Shown here piece by piece: positions 42,726 through 56,399 of a DNA stretch of 64,000 nucleotides. The notes below the pieces were generated by a model. That model searched no databases and was not told where the DNA came from. It saw only the letters and a program-made list of their open reading frames with translations. Numbering within the stretch: position 1 is the first letter of the stretch; each line of letters begins with the position of its first letter. Location of the stretch: assembly GCF_036365525.1 (NCBI RefSeq), contig NC_090382.1, positions 67,111,099 through 67,175,098 on the forward strand. The letters are read 5' to 3'. This stretch comes from Heterodontus francisci (lineage: Eukaryota). Both the position numbers and the translations under genes were made by a program.

Positions 42726-44614
42726 TTTATTGTTGAATGCCCATTTTAGATTGGTTTAGTATGGTCAGATTGTTTCAAACTCTAATGGGTATATCTATAG
42801 CTTCTAATTCAATTACAGTTTTATCAATAGTGAATTTTAGAAGAAATGTATATTTTAATCTCTAACTATATGTTGAATAATGTTTCATCATGTGATCAGG
42901 ATTTCTAGCGAGCCTTAAAATACTTCAAGGGAAACTGATATCAAACTTGAGCTCTGATTTTATTTTAATATTTTTAAAACAATAATACATCACTAGACTA
43001 TGAAAAAAATTGATCATCTGCAGTAGAGGTACTGCAGTTGATTATATATGTGCAAAATCAGAACTTTTTAGAGCTTTAAAAAGATTAGTGAATGTGAAAA
43101 ACTAGTTGAATGCCATTTCTTTAAAAGAAATACAGATGAGGTCTGATTTTATGTTATAGTTCCAAAGAGCTGCGTCATTCTTTGTATTTAAGGCACAGAT
43201 AATAAACTAACTTTTCTGATACTGTACCTATTGTCATAGATCAGCTTTAGTATATTGTATTAATATTGATGTACACCTTTTGAGATTTTTGCAGTCAGGT
43301 ATTGAATGATTCAAATTGAGTGCCTAAAATTTATTTTATACTATAAAATGTTTCTGTTTCTCTTGAATTAAATAACACAATTAGTGCAATTGACAACTAG
43401 CTTGATTTCACAACATTTATTTAGTATGAATGAATTAGCTTTTTAATGTTGAACAAATTCAAGCATCTTATCTAAAAACTTTAACAGATATGTCAGGGCC
43501 TACAATTCTGGATTATTTCTCAAAGCTCAATGTAATCAAATATGATTCATATGCACTTTATTTTATTTGAAAAGGTGTAGTATTCAAGTTGACTTGTGTT
43601 ACTGATTTAATGTGAATTCTGAAAGCACTCAATGCTAGATTGTCTCTTTCTAACTACCTATCAGTATCTTTATTTTTTTTTTAAAGTCCAGCAAACTGCA
43701 TATTTACTAAAGAATTGGTTTGGAAATTTGTTTCACTTGATAAGGGGACAGATAATGTGGCACTGAATTTTAGTGCTTGTCAGTTGCAATAGTTAAAATA
43801 AAGATTTAAAGTTCAAAATCTAAGCTAGTTGGCAAGAGCAGTTTATTTTTATCGGTCCATACTCTTGATACGTATCTCCCTACCCATTTCTCTCTCTCTC
43901 AGTACTCCCTCACTGATCCCTGCCACTGGTGTGTAGGGTGCTAACATGCTTTCTTCACATGCAGATGGACTTGGCAATCCTACGCCCAATCTCTTCACTG
44001 CTTGAGTAGTCTTTCCTACCCCTCACTGCATATTTACTTTTGCTCCCTCTCTTGTCCTTCCTCATATAGCAACATTGCATTTTTGTTATGACACATAATT
44101 ACTAGGGTAATTTTGCTTGAAACAAGTGTGAAAATTTTAACTAAAAGATTGGTGAGAACTTTTCAGGATGATCCACATTCATTGAGACTTAATTTTCCCC
44201 TGAATATGACTGAAAAATCGACCTCCTCCTTTATTTTGAGGTTAATCCATCTCTGAACTCTTATGTCAAATTTCCCTTCCTTTTCATTTTCATCTCTGAC
44301 CACTCTTACTCTAGTCAGCACTGCTTAAAACAATCACTCCATCTGTTTCCAAATTTGGGAATCATCCCTTTTGCCTGTACTTTAGGAGGGGAAGTTCGCA
44401 GCTAATATTATGCTTGTCTTGCTGCCTGTTCTTGTAGCCACATAGTTAGCCAGGCATAACAGGATCTAGTCTCAATTTCAGATCACAATTACACCCTGTA
44501 GCCCTCAGCTGACTAACTGCAGGATTCAGCACAATTGACAAGTACTGAAACAGCTATGATTTAAATATTCGTTTGGTGGCACAGAACTTGAGTATTACTA
44601 AAAACAGAGACATT

Positions 44615-44650
44615 TTGTCGAAGCTTTTCGTCTTTCACTCATCAGGATAA
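44615..44650 (-). ncRNA. Minimal type I hammerhead ribozyme motif
   Basis: Minus strand TTATC-CTGATGA-GTGAAAGAC-GAAA-AGCT-TC-GACAA: canonical CUGAUGA and GAAA boxes, palindromic stem III, UUC cleavage triplet. Confidence 0.7.
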
Positions 44651-45098
44651 TTTGCAAGAATACCAATGTAAGGATACAACAAATTTATACTATGAGAAGA
44701 GAGTGCTGATTGGTTGACAAGTGAACTCTGGTGGAGGCGTTGCCATGGAGAATGCACCAGTTTCTGGTGACTGACAATTAACCACCAAGCTTTGTTTGAA
44801 ATTTAAACCAGGCAGTTTGATTCCCTTTCTTTAGGAAGAACATGTACACACGTTGCGCCTGTTTCAGCTAAACAAAATAAGTGACAGCCATTTGCTGGTT
44901 CATTCCTCTGGGCAATGTTTTGACCAATGAGAGTAAAACTGCCTGGTTTAAATTTCAAACAAAGCTTGGCAGTTAACTGTCAGTCATGATAAACTGGTGC
45001 ATTCTCCATGGCAACGCCTCTACCACTCAGAGTCCATTTGTTAACTAATCAGCACACTCATAAGGTTGTTGCTTCTCTTACATTGGTATTCTTGTGAA

Positions 45099-45134
45099 TT
45101 GTCTTGATGAGTGCAAGATGAAAAGCTTCAACAA
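45099..45134 (+). ncRNA. Degenerate hammerhead motif (partner arm)
   Basis: TTGTC-TTGATGA-GTGCAAGAT-GAAA-AGCT-TC-AACAA; C3>U and CpG-type decay. Confidence 0.55.
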
Positions 45135-45642
45135 AATATCTCTGTTTTCAGCAATACTCAAGCTATGATTTAGTTAATGATATTTACTGATCGGGGTGGG
45201 GGGTGGTGGAAAAGCAAAGTTATCTACTTCGGGTATGAATCTGACCGTAATGACTAGATGGTTAGTCTGACTATCCTTGGTACATGGACCCAGAAAAATG
45301 CCTTAGAGTGTAAATGTAAACTCAGTTTTGTAATATTTTGGATCTTTATACTATGCAGGGCACAAGTCAAATTTCATTTTTATTAAATTACATTAAGATT
45401 TTTACTGGTGCTTGCTGATTGAATTCTGGGCATTATTCTGTGAAAACCATAAATGTGGATCCTGCGTTTTAATTTTCCTTTATGTATTTAATTTTTATCC
45501 CTTACTACTTTTAAGGCTGAGAATACACAGAAAGATGATACACAATATGCACAGTTTGCAGGCAGACATTGGACATTTAGAAACACTGGATAAAGGGAAT
45601 TTTGTTTAACTGTATTTGGAGAGCAGTCCTGCACTTAATTCG

Positions 45643-45835
45643 AGACACAAAATGCTAGAAACAGGTCAGGGTTGCTGTGCAGAAAGCAAAAAAAAAATAA
45701 CATTTCAAGTCTAAACCTGAATCACTAACCTAAACTGTTTCAATTCTCCACTGATGCTGCGTGATCTGGTGAGTGTTTTCAGCATTTTCATTTTTTATTT
45801 CAGATTTCCAGCATCTATGCAGTATTTTGCTTTCT
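45643..45835 (+). mobile_element. Old degenerate inverted Penelope-like end fragment
   Basis: cagcattttcattttttatttcagatttccagcatctatgcagtattttgcttt matches the tail of 26280/59068; a short inverted remnant precedes it. Confidence 0.6.
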
Positions 45836-46305
45836 GCACTTTGAGGGCATAGGGAATGTGTTGGGCTTTGGTAACATTAGGAAATGGTCTGGTGTTCTAC
45901 ACAACTTGGATGGAGTAATAAAGTGGGGCTGCTGGTGTTGGCAATTGTGGAGGTGGGGAGGTTGGTCTGGCATCACTGTGTAAGGAGAACCTATGTTTGG
46001 AAGAACTGTTGAAGGCAAACCTGAGTTTTGGCACATCTAGGAATGGAATATGAGGCTTGACTGGTATCTGTCAGCAATGATGGGAGGGGGAAAGGTATGG
46101 GCCTGACAACACTGATTAGATGTCATGCACAGCAACACTATTTTGAATATATTAGGGGATTGCTGCAAACATTAATTGTGGTATTATGGTTTTTTTCACA
46201 TGCTTCTCTCTCTGTCTTTCTCTCTCATTCCTTCAATGTCTGTCTGTTTCCAGCACCTGTAAGAAAATGTAAATATTCAAATCACAAACAATGCAAATTC
46301 AGTGA

Positions 46306-46488
46306 TATTTATTTATTTAGAGATACAGCACTGAAACAGGCCATTTGGCCCACCGAGTCTGTGCCGACCATCAACCACCCATTTATACTAATCCTACATT
46401 AATCTCATATTCCTACCACATCCCCACAATTCCCCTACCACCTACCTATACTAGGGGCAATTTATAATGGCCAATTTACCTATCAACC
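46306..46488 (-). mobile_element. SINE 3' fragment with CR1-type tail (HE1-like)
   Basis: tatttatttagagatacagcactgaaacaggccatttggccc...ggggcaatttataatggccaatttaccta. Confidence 0.6.
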
Positions 46489-47370
46489 AGTTAGAGATTT
46501 TCTGTTTGTTTTCAAAATTTAACCGCTTGCTATTTCAATTTGAAAAAAGAAAAATATCTCCTTCCACTGTCTGACAATTTTTTATACGTCATATGTTTAA
46601 CGTTTCCAACCAGCAACAAAACACAAGTGCTAAGCAGCTGGTAATAGAAGACATTCCATTTGCTTTAAAACTTAACTATTTTTAAATAAACTCATATTAG
46701 GATGAGGAAAGGCCCTCAGATTTTCAGATAGCTGCTAGGTATAAAACTGTGATTGCAGCTCAGCTGTCCATTATAGAAATATCCCAATTTTAATTTCCTG
46801 GGTGGCAATTTGAAAACCCACTGCTCTATGTCTCTGCTATGCTTTCTAAACTTTAAAGGATGTAAAATATAATCTGTAACTGGAGTGTAATCAATACAGT
46901 TTGTCATTTCTGTTCCTGACACTGAAGTACACACCCTCTCCAGTCAAAAAAAAAATCACAAAATTTGTCCTTTTTTTCTTGAAATAATTTTGAAGAACAA
47001 CTGAGCAGAAGCTGCTAGATGCTGAAGAATGTTCCAGTGGTTCAGCTGAGTAAATGCTGCTGATGCATCATGGGAAATTGGATGCACTGTACATAATCAG
47101 ACAGCACAATCTGCCTTCAGTAACAGAGGCCTGGTTCGGGGCAAAAAAAAAATAAAGTTTCAGCCCAGATTTTTAGGAGAGCTGAAGCCTTTAAATAAAA
47201 ACTTTAATGAAGATAATCAAAGACAATTCAAGTGAAAAATTTGATCATGATTGTGAAATATGTAATTACATGAATTTTTAAATTTTGTTTAAAACCATAT
47301 TTCAGAATTATAAATTTCAGTTACTTCAGTCGCAGAAAGCATTTTGAATGATTTGTGAGGAAAAGATAAA

Positions 47371-47386
47371 GTGCCACCTCGTGGTA
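47371..47386 (-). promoter_or_regulatory. Candidate CTCF site
   Basis: Minus strand CCACGAGGTGGCAC closely matches the CTCF core CCACNAGGTGGCAG; CpG retained in AT-rich unique DNA. Confidence 0.45.
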
Positions 47387-50300
47387 TAACGGATCATTAC
47401 AACTGTGTTGCAGGTAAGTATTGACATTTTAATATTGTAATTACCATTAGAAATTTTTGCATAACATTTAACAATGTGAATTTGTGACACAGGAAGTGCA
47501 TGCCACCATATACAAGACTTTTAATGTAATGCAAATGTAATTGCCATAAACATTTCAAAAATGTGTACAATTAAAACTCTATTCTTCCTAATTTATGTGT
47601 GCATAGCACTGAAATATAATGTTGTACTGGCTGTGGGAACAACAGTTATGTGATATTACAGTTGTACTGACCTGACCCAAGGTCTACTGTGTGTCTTGGA
47701 CAGATTCACTAGAAATGAAAGAAGGTTAAAGTTCAAAAAAGTGAATTTGATCAAAAATCATATTTTCACATTTTTGACTTACAGCTAAGTAAGTTTAATT
47801 AAAATAGATTGGTCTCTAAATGTTTCAAAAATTGATAAACATCTTGCACCAAGATACAGTATTTGACAGTATTACTGAAAATGGATGCAAATTTTATTTT
47901 GAACTAAATCAACTTTCTTAGATATTTTATGGAGTATTACTGAAAATAATTATATCATGCAGATTTGATTGTAACTTATAGCATTGTGTATTGAAAAAGG
48001 GAGTGATTATTTTAAAAATACAAATCTAATCAAATCAACACTAAATAAGCATTAAAATATTGTTTGGTGTATACTTATTACTGAATTGTTTAGTTTCAGC
48101 TCATTAAATTCAAATAAAATTGTGTACAAATAAAGGTACAGTCTCTCCTTTGTTGGACTACGCTTTGTTGAATTAGAATTGAAAACACACAGCATATGAA
48201 CTTAAAATTAAGTGATACAAAAAGAACAGCATTTGATTGTTGTCGGTATGCTGTGTGTATGCCTAAGCACTCAATAGAGAGAATCACCGTGGATGTAGTC
48301 TCTAAAATGCTGATGAGCAAGGCCACTGATTTAGTTTTCACAAAAAAATAGAATCAAAGTTCAATCCCCAGAATATTAGTGAAGATCCCAGAATCTCTTA
48401 TAATAAAATGGATTCCAACTCAGTCATTCTGTCAGTGGTTCCAATTATAAACAGAATAATATGGATAAAAATCCCAGATTCACATAATAAAAATGGAATT
48501 TAACTTATTCAGTCAATATAAGTAAGTGACCAATGTTGATGAGGTTGGGATAGCCACGTAATTCTTTGCTGCATCTTAAAGGTGTTTCCTCGGGCTGATA
48601 CATTGGTTCGTTTTGTCTGTCATTACAGCGAAGAAAACCAATACTGCTGCCCTCTGTTTTATTGACAACAAAAGGTCCATGTTTTGGTTTCTGCAAACTA
48701 GAAGATATAGATGGAACTTAGACGATGTATAAATAGTTGCTGAGCCTTCAGTGTTTGTTTTCCAAGCATAACTCAGCATCTACACAGTTTATACTCTTCC
48801 ATCCATACCAGTCTGCAGTAGTGCCAATAAATACCCATCTCCTGTCAGTGTCAAAAGTCCTGGGAAGTTTACAGAACCCAAGGATGAAAATCCTTGAGTC
48901 CTATGTGTTTCTAGGACACCTGGCCTTGATCTGTTCATTTTCCCCTGATATCGGATCCCAACTCTTTTTTCCAATATATTTTCAATACATTAACCCCATG
49001 ACACATGTGGCTAATTGTCCAGATGTGGCTAATAGTATTTTGATGAGTAAATAAAAATGAGTAATAGACAGCATCATTCAGCATGTCACCTCAGTACTCA
49101 TATTAGCCTGGTGTATGCATGTGTACTTTTAACACTTTTGCATAAATTGGTAAGATGAACAGTGTGAAAGTTTTTTGATCATTGTGCTTTCCTTCCTTGG
49201 TTACTGTTCATTGATTATCAACTAAAATGGTTTGAGACACGGGTGACAACGCCAGAATTCAGCACCATGGAAACACCAACTTTGTATGGAGAGGAGAGAT
49301 ATGATCATGGTCAAGTCAACCAACCAACAGAATAACCATTCAGCCCAGTAGGCCCAAACCGCATCCAACCTGGATGGAGAGCAGTGGCGTCTCTGACACA
49401 TTTCGTGCAAGTCAACCTTCTCAATAATCACCCTGACGTCAAAGATACCACCTGCAACTGCTGGACAAAAATTTAGAGGATTCACTAAAATGTGCTTTGT
49501 CTGAAATTCATGCCAGAATTTAAACGTTGAAAGAGAAAGACTGCAAGGTTTTGAACTGATTGGTAGATGTTTAAGTGAATATGCACATGAAGTACATTTA
49601 CTTGCATCATGTGTAAAACATTTTTCAGTAAAATTAGTACATATTGGGTAAGAGTGTTGTAGCCACATTGGACAACATTATCTTCGGGTAAGCCAGGCAG
49701 CACCAGGCATGAAGTCTCAAGATTGGAAGGATTGATACTGAGAGATGAGTGCTGTCTTAAGGTATGTGATCTTACATGTGGCATAGTCTTATAAAAGGAT
49801 GCTGTTCCTTTTTAATATTTTACATGATAACCATACATAGACTCACAGATGCAAATTAAAACAACTTTATCACTAGTGGTATCTATTATGTTAGCACCCA
49901 ATGCTGACTCCACCTTGTGTTTAGGTCTGTGTAAAATTCATATATTATGACTTGAAAAAGTATCATATTTAGTACAGACAATTGTTACAGCTGTCAAGGT
50001 CTTATCATCTGACCATGCACTATCTTAGAACAAGCAGGAAGCAGTTGTTTCTACCAACAGATATTAAACCCATGAGGGCCATTTAACCATGGCATAATAA
50101 CTGCAAAACTCAACAAATGTGACCGACTGGAGCGTCATGGGTAATTCCTGGTAAGATTATTTAAAAAGAGCACAACATATCAGAACAGTGACAGCACTCC
50201 CATTTAATGAAGAATCTGAAAAGTGACATCATGGCCAATGCACAGGAAGAAGCAGTGGAGTAAAAGCTAAGTGTTCAATTGTTTATTCATGCTTTATTTA

Positions 50301-51029
50301 ACTATATCATAGATTGAAGCAACTACATTTTTTTAAATTAATGTGCAAGAGGTAAGGCCAAAACCAAACTATCTGCTTTAAGTAAACAGACGTAACTAGC
50401 TAATCTACCAAACTGAGAAATACAATAACTAATGGAAACCAAATTATAGTTTAGTGTTGAAGGCAAATCAGAAAATAAATTTTTAAAACTACTATAATAT
50501 AAACAAATAAATAGAGTGATAATGGCTGCACAGGGGTGTGTCAGGACTGCAGAAATTGGGAATTTGTGAACAGTGGGACTGTCCCAGATGAACACACAGG
50601 AAATTTCTGTCTCTTGATTCACTTTGGGTCAGAGGCATTGGGCTGGAGCACAAGTTAGAGACACTGCCACACATAAGTGGGGCTGGGGGCTGGGGGGTGG
50701 TGGTGGAGGTGGTGATGGAGAAATAGCTGGATAGCTGCAGAACACCATCACACCACATAGAGAGGGACAGGAAGAGAAGTGTGTGACTGACAGTCGGGCA
50801 ATGAGAACCTAGCGGAGACAGAGAAGGAAGAACTGCAGAAATTGTTCCAGTCCAACATGTATAATATACATACTACCTCTGGGAATAAGGATGAAAGCTG
50901 TGGGGAGGATGACAAGGGTGCTAACTAGTGCACTTTGGAGCAGAAGGCAGTCCGGGGGTGGAGGGAGCTGCAGAAAGGAAATAATTAGGGGATATTTTCT
51001 TAATGGTGAGAGTCTGGAAATGGTTTAGA

Positions 51030-52935
51030 AGAAAAGGGTCCAAATTACTAAAAGCTACTGCTTCAGTACAAAAAGTAATCAAAAAGCTAATGGAATTTTT
51101 TTTCATTCTTACATGGGATGTGAGTGTCACTGGCAAGGCCAGCATTTGTTGTCCTTGACAACTGAGTGGCTTGCTGGGCCATTTCAGAGGGCAGTTAAGA
51201 GCCAACCACATTGCTGTAGGTCTGGAGTCGCATGTAGACCAGGTAAGGACAGCAGATTTCCTTCCCTAAAGGGCATTAGTGAACTAGATGGGTTTTTATG
51301 ACAATGATTGTTTTATGGCACCATTACTGAGACTAGCTTTCAATTCTAGATATTTTTATTAATTAATTGAATTTAAATTCCACCAGCTGCCATGATGGGA
51401 TTTGAACCTGTGTCCCCAGGGCATTAGCCTGTGGCTCTGGATTACTAGTCCAGTGACATTACCACTATGCCGCTGCCTCCGTGCAAATGTTGACCTTTCT
51501 CTCAATGGAGTTCAAATACAAAGGGGACAAAGCTACGCTTCAGTTGTATGCAGTCTTTGTAAAACCCCATCTGGAGTATTGCATTCAGTTTTGGGGACTA
51601 CACCTCAGGAAGGATAAGAATATACAAAGAAATAGGAGCAGAAGTAGGCCATTCAGTCCCTCGATCCTGCTCCACCATTCAATAAGATAATGGCTTAACT
51701 TTTACATAAACTTCATTTTCCCACCTGATCTCCATATCCTTTGATTCCCTTAGTGCCTAAAAATTTATCACATTCAGTCTTGAATATACACAGCAACTGA
51801 GCATCCACAGCCCACTGAGGTAGAGAATTCCAATGATTCACAACCCTCAGAGTGAATAAATTTCCCTTCATCTCAGTCCTAACAGGCCACCCCTTATACT
51901 GAGGTTATGATCACTATTTCTAGACTCTTCAGCCAGGGCAAACAGTCTCTCGGCACCTACCCTTGTCAAGCCCTCTTTAAAAAAAACTTTATACATTTCA
52001 ATGCGATTGCCTCTTTTTTCTAAAGTCCAAAGAATATAGGCCCATTAATCTCAATCTCTCCTTTTGGACGGTCCTTTTCATTCCAGGAATCAATCTAGTG
52101 AATCTTTGTTACAAGACAAGTATATCCTTCCTTTGGTAATGAGGCCAAAACTGTACACAGTGCTCCAGGTGTGGTCTCACCAAAACGCTATATAATTACT
52201 CTTATACTGCAGCTTCCTTTCAATAAAGGGCAGCATACCAGTAACCTCCTAGTTACTTGCTGTACCTGCATGCTAACCTTCTGCAAATGTATACAAGGAC
52301 ACCCAAGTCCCTCTGAACACCAACATTTACTGCTGTCTCACATTTTTAAAATATTCTCCTTTTCCATTCTTATTACCAAAGTGGATAATTTCACACTTCC
52401 CCACATTATATTCCATCTGCTGCCACCTTGTCCAATCACTTAACCAGCCTGAATCCCTTTGGATCTTCTTTAAACAGGATATATTGGCTTTGGATGGGGC
52501 TCAGCACAGCTTCACCAGAACGCTACCAGGGTTTAAAGGATTAAATTGAGGACATGTTGCATAAACTTGGGTTGTATTTCCTTCAGTTTTGAATCTAACA
52601 ATAGAACAGATGTAGTGAAGCTATTTCCTCTGGTGGAGGTATCTAGAACAAGGGAGCACAACCTTCGAATTCGAGTTATACCATTGAGAAGTGAAATTAT
52701 GAAGAACATTTTCCACACAAAGGTTAGTAGAAATAGGAAATTATCTCCCCAAGAGGCTGTGGATGCTGAGTCAACAGAAATCAGCAAATTTGAGATTGAA
52801 CGTTTTTTTTTAAAATTTGGTAGGGTATCAAGGGATATGGAACAAAGACTTGTAAATGGAGTTGAGTTATGATCAACCATGACTTAATAAGATGCTGCAG
52901 CAGGCTTGAAGGACTGAATGGCCTTCTGTTCCTCT
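51030..52935 (+). mobile_element. Old CR1 (+) interrupted by a SINE (51100-51480) and a minus-strand CR1 (~51615-52470)
   Basis: VKPHLEYCIQFWG at ~51560 resumes as gatatattggctttgg at ~52478; KLFPLVEVSRTREHNLRIR; a minus CR1 tail lies between. Confidence 0.75.
51100..51480 (-). mobile_element. Near full-length tRNA-derived SINE
   Basis: Minus head ggaggcagcggcatagtggtaatgtcactggactagtaatccag...GGTTCAAATCCC (A/B boxes); tail shared with the LINE at 55215. Confidence 0.8.
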
Positions 52936-52991
52936 GGGGTTTATCACAGACACTGTCAATATGCATAAGTTGGGACCATTCAGTGTCACGA

Positions 52992-53525
52992 GGCTGGATT
53001 TTATGATGGTTGGCGGGGACCCATCCACTGGCTGAAAAGTCGGTGGCAATCCCACCTCCACCAGGCCTGGGGATCCAGACTGGATTTTACAATCCCCAGG
53101 CCCTTAATTGGTCTAGGGTGGGACTTCCACCTCATTGAGGCAGGAAGTCCTGCCTAATGGAGCTGCTGGCCAGTCAGCTCAGGGTGCCCGATCAGGAAGG
53201 CCCCCCAGAATGCCGCCTGACTTCAGGTGGGTTTTCTGAGGCCTCAGTCACCGCCAGCCAAATGTAAAATACCTGTGGCGGAGGGTGGAGGCTCTTAAGT
53301 GGAAGACAATTGGCCACTTAAGGACCTTGATTGGCCTGGGGCGGGTCATTTCTCGCTGCCCTACATAAATTGCCAGTGGAGGCAGGAGTGGGTTGGGAAG
53401 GGGCCCCCAGCCTCCCACTCCATTTTACAACCCCATGCCCATCCCCACTGCCCACACCACCCCACCCCCCCCCCCCCCCCCCCCCACCACCAGCCCACTC
53501 TTTTGGGGGGCGTAAAAATCTGGCC
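52992..53525. mobile_element. GC-rich MITE-like element with short TIRs
   Basis: ggctggattttatg ... cgtaaaaatctggcc termini; internal inverted pieces (ccttaattgg / ccaattgg-like). Confidence 0.55.
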
Positions 53526-55214
53526 ACTAAATTTGAAAAATGCCCTCCTGAGAGTTAATTGTCAGTGTATACTTTTTTTTAAAAAAAATGCATGTTAGGT
53601 TCTACAGATATTTTAGTAAAATGTGTAAACTATTGGAAATCAAACCAAAAAGTAATTTAATCTTGGCCCCCATTGTCAAGTACTTCAGAACCAGTTCAAT
53701 CTCATTCATGCTCCAACCTTCTATCAATCTGCAAGAGCCTTCGCCATCCAAAAAATGCCATTTTTCCTTTTCTCAATCTAATGGCCTAAATCTCGATGCA
53801 GCATTTAGTGCTAGATTTACTGTCAACAATATCCAGCATGTCTAATGTAAGAAATGCCTTGTGTGGGGTTAATGTAAGTGCAACCTCAGTCCAGTAAGGT
53901 GAAAAGATAGATGCATGTTTGCATATTCCAGTAGCTCTATCTGTTTCTGTCAGTATATTGTAAGGATATACACCAGACGTCTTCAAGATACCCACTTAAA
54001 ATAAAGGACAGTAGTTGGATTTTTACAGCACAGCCCAAAAATGAATCTGTTAAAAGGCATAATCCATTACTTCACATACGGATTATCTTGACTTGAAATT
54101 AATTTTCTTAAGGACAATATAAGTATCCTCAGCTCAAAAGCATAAAAAAAAATTGTTATTCATGTGTGGAAATACTGTCTCTGTGTCCTTTGAATTGCTT
54201 GAAGATGCTGTTTATTCAAGTTACTTAGGATTAGCTTGAAATAAAAATTGTCAAACTCATTCTTAAAGCTATGTATAGGATTGCCAACCCTCCCAGATTG
54301 CCCAGGAGTATCATACTGGAATTCATGCTTTAAGTTTCTCACCGCAGCAATGTCTACTCCCTCTCCATTCTCACTCCGTGACACCACCAACTCCCTCCAC
54401 AGAGAAACCTGGCTTGGTAACACAACCCATAGTTCCCACCCCCACCCCAACTTGGCAGCTGCAGAGCCAGAAACAGTTGGGAGTCGGCCCTGGTTTGCAG
54501 GGGTTGCTTTGGAGTGAAGGAGGTACAGAAACAATAGTCAAGAAAAGGGAGACTGAGGCTGAAGGGATTGAGGAGAGTGAGGGAAATTCTGGAATGGTAG
54601 TCAGAAATGAAGGTTCAGGGGAAAGAAGGAGACTGTGAATGGGGGCTCCGGGTGAGGAGACTGAGGGTCGGAGGATTTGGGGCTCAGTCAGTGGGGGAGA
54701 GAGCAGGATTGGATAATGGGATGGATGTGATCAATGTTACCTTTAATTATTCTTTGTTTGCAGCCTATTATTTGCACTGTGCAGTCCCTTTAAGATTGCT
54801 GTGAAGTCACACACATGTGCATCTCAACGCGAACATTGGTTGTGCACAACCTGTTTGTTGCACTACATAGCATGTTCCTGATGGCTGCTCATATGCACAG
54901 CTCATAAGGAACATTGGACGTGGGGATCAGTATTTTCTGAAGAGGTGAGAACAACAGCTGCCACAGCAGAAGCAGTGCTAAGAGAGGAGCAGCCAGTAAA
55001 GGAATGAGTGAAACCTGGGGTCTTTACTGTGAGTGCATGGAGACAAGTAGATGTGGACAGTGGATTTTCACTGGAAGAACCAAGGAAGGAGAAGGAAGAT
55101 TCTTGAACTGAAGACTGTTCTACCATGGAATACTTCATCATAAGTGACCATTAAGGTATTGACTAGAATATTGTTTAAAACAATGTGATGTGTTTGAAAA
55201 GGATGAATATAAAG

Positions 55215-55935
55215 TTTTTTATTCTTTCGTGGGATGTAAGCATCGCTGGCAAGGCCAGCATTTCTTGCCCATCCCGAGTTGCCCTTGAGAGGTGGTGGTG
55301 AGCTGCCTTCTTGAACCACTGCAGTTTGTGTGGAGTAGGTACAACCCACAGTGCTGTTAGGGAGTTCCAGGTTTTTGATCCAGTAAGAGTGAAGGAACGG
55401 CGATACAAATCTAGGGATGATGTGTGACGGAGGGGAGCTTGCAGGTGGTAGTGTTCCCATACATCTGCTGCCTTTGTCCTTCTAGGTGGTAGAGGTCGCA
55501 GGTTTGGAAGGTGCTGTTGAAGGAGGCTAGGCAAGTTGCTGCAGTGCATCTTGCATGTGGTACACACTGCTGCCACTGTGCATCAATGTTGGAGGAAGTG
55601 AATGTTTAAGGTGGTGGATGGGGTACCAATCAAGCGGGCTGATTCGTCCTCAATGGTGTCGAGCTTCTTGAGTATTGGAACTACACTCATGCAGGCAAGT
55701 GACGAGTACTCCATCAGACTCCTGACTTGTGCCTTGTAGATGGTGGGCAAGCTTTGGAGAGTCAGGAGGTGGTTTACTTGCCTCAGAATTCCCAGCCTCT
55801 GCTCTTGTAGCCACATTATTCATATGGCTGGTCCAGTTAAGTTTCTGGTCAATGGTAACCCCCAGGATGTTGGTGGGAGAATTCATCGATGATAATGCTG
55901 TTGAATGTCAAGGGGAGATTGTTGGATTCTCTTTC
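55215..55935 (-). mobile_element. LINE 3' fragment, same family as 7485-8195
   Basis: ILGVTIDQKLNWTSH; TIYKAQVRSLMEYSSLACMS...LKKLDTIEDESARLIG. Confidence 0.85.
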
Positions 55936-56279
55936 TGGGGGAAATGGGATTATAGGAGCAAGCACAAGCCTCAGGGCCTAAATGACATTTCCAGTGCTGC
56001 AATTTCTAGGTTTCTACGAAAACACTGAGTCTGAGCGGAGGGGATGGTTTCGAAATGTTGGTGCTGAGCTAGGTGTAGGGTGGTATGCCCTGTGAGAAGT
56101 GCCCCAAACACACTCCTTTGTGTGATCTCTCATTTTGCATCAGGTCAGTTTGTGCGACAGGGAATCTGAGTGTTACTTATGAGTGTAATTTCATTAGTTA
56201 TATTTGGAATTAGTTCTTCCCACCTCTGGTTTCCCCTCTGCAAATCACTCCTACACCTTTTGGTTTCCCTTCATCTCCA

Positions 56280-56399
56280 CTCTGTTTCCTGTCTTTGCCT
56301 GCGCGCGGGGGACCTGGTTCTCGGAACTTCTCGTATTAACAGTTGCTGACGCGACCACAAGCAAAGACAGTGAACTATAGGAGACCCAACCTTTATAAG
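56280..56399 (+). promoter_or_regulatory. CpG-rich promoter and candidate non-coding exon 1 of a downstream gene
   Basis: gcgcgcgggg, cggaac; donor AAG|GTAAAT at 56399/56400; E-box GTCACGTGAT at 56423-56432; CpG enrichment continues to ~58080. Confidence 0.45.

Larger units (their letters stand above)
44564..45160. mobile_element. Penelope-like inverted (tail-out) pLTR pair with 12-bp TSD
   Basis: Arms ~44586-44822 and ~44932-45160 are reverse complements; TSD agctatgattta at 44552-44563 and 45161-45172; hammerhead core in each arm. Confidence 0.8.

Noticed and set aside
51390-51480. tRNA gene
   Set aside because: The A/B boxes belong to a SINE head followed by SINE body and LINE-like tail; no complete cloverleaf
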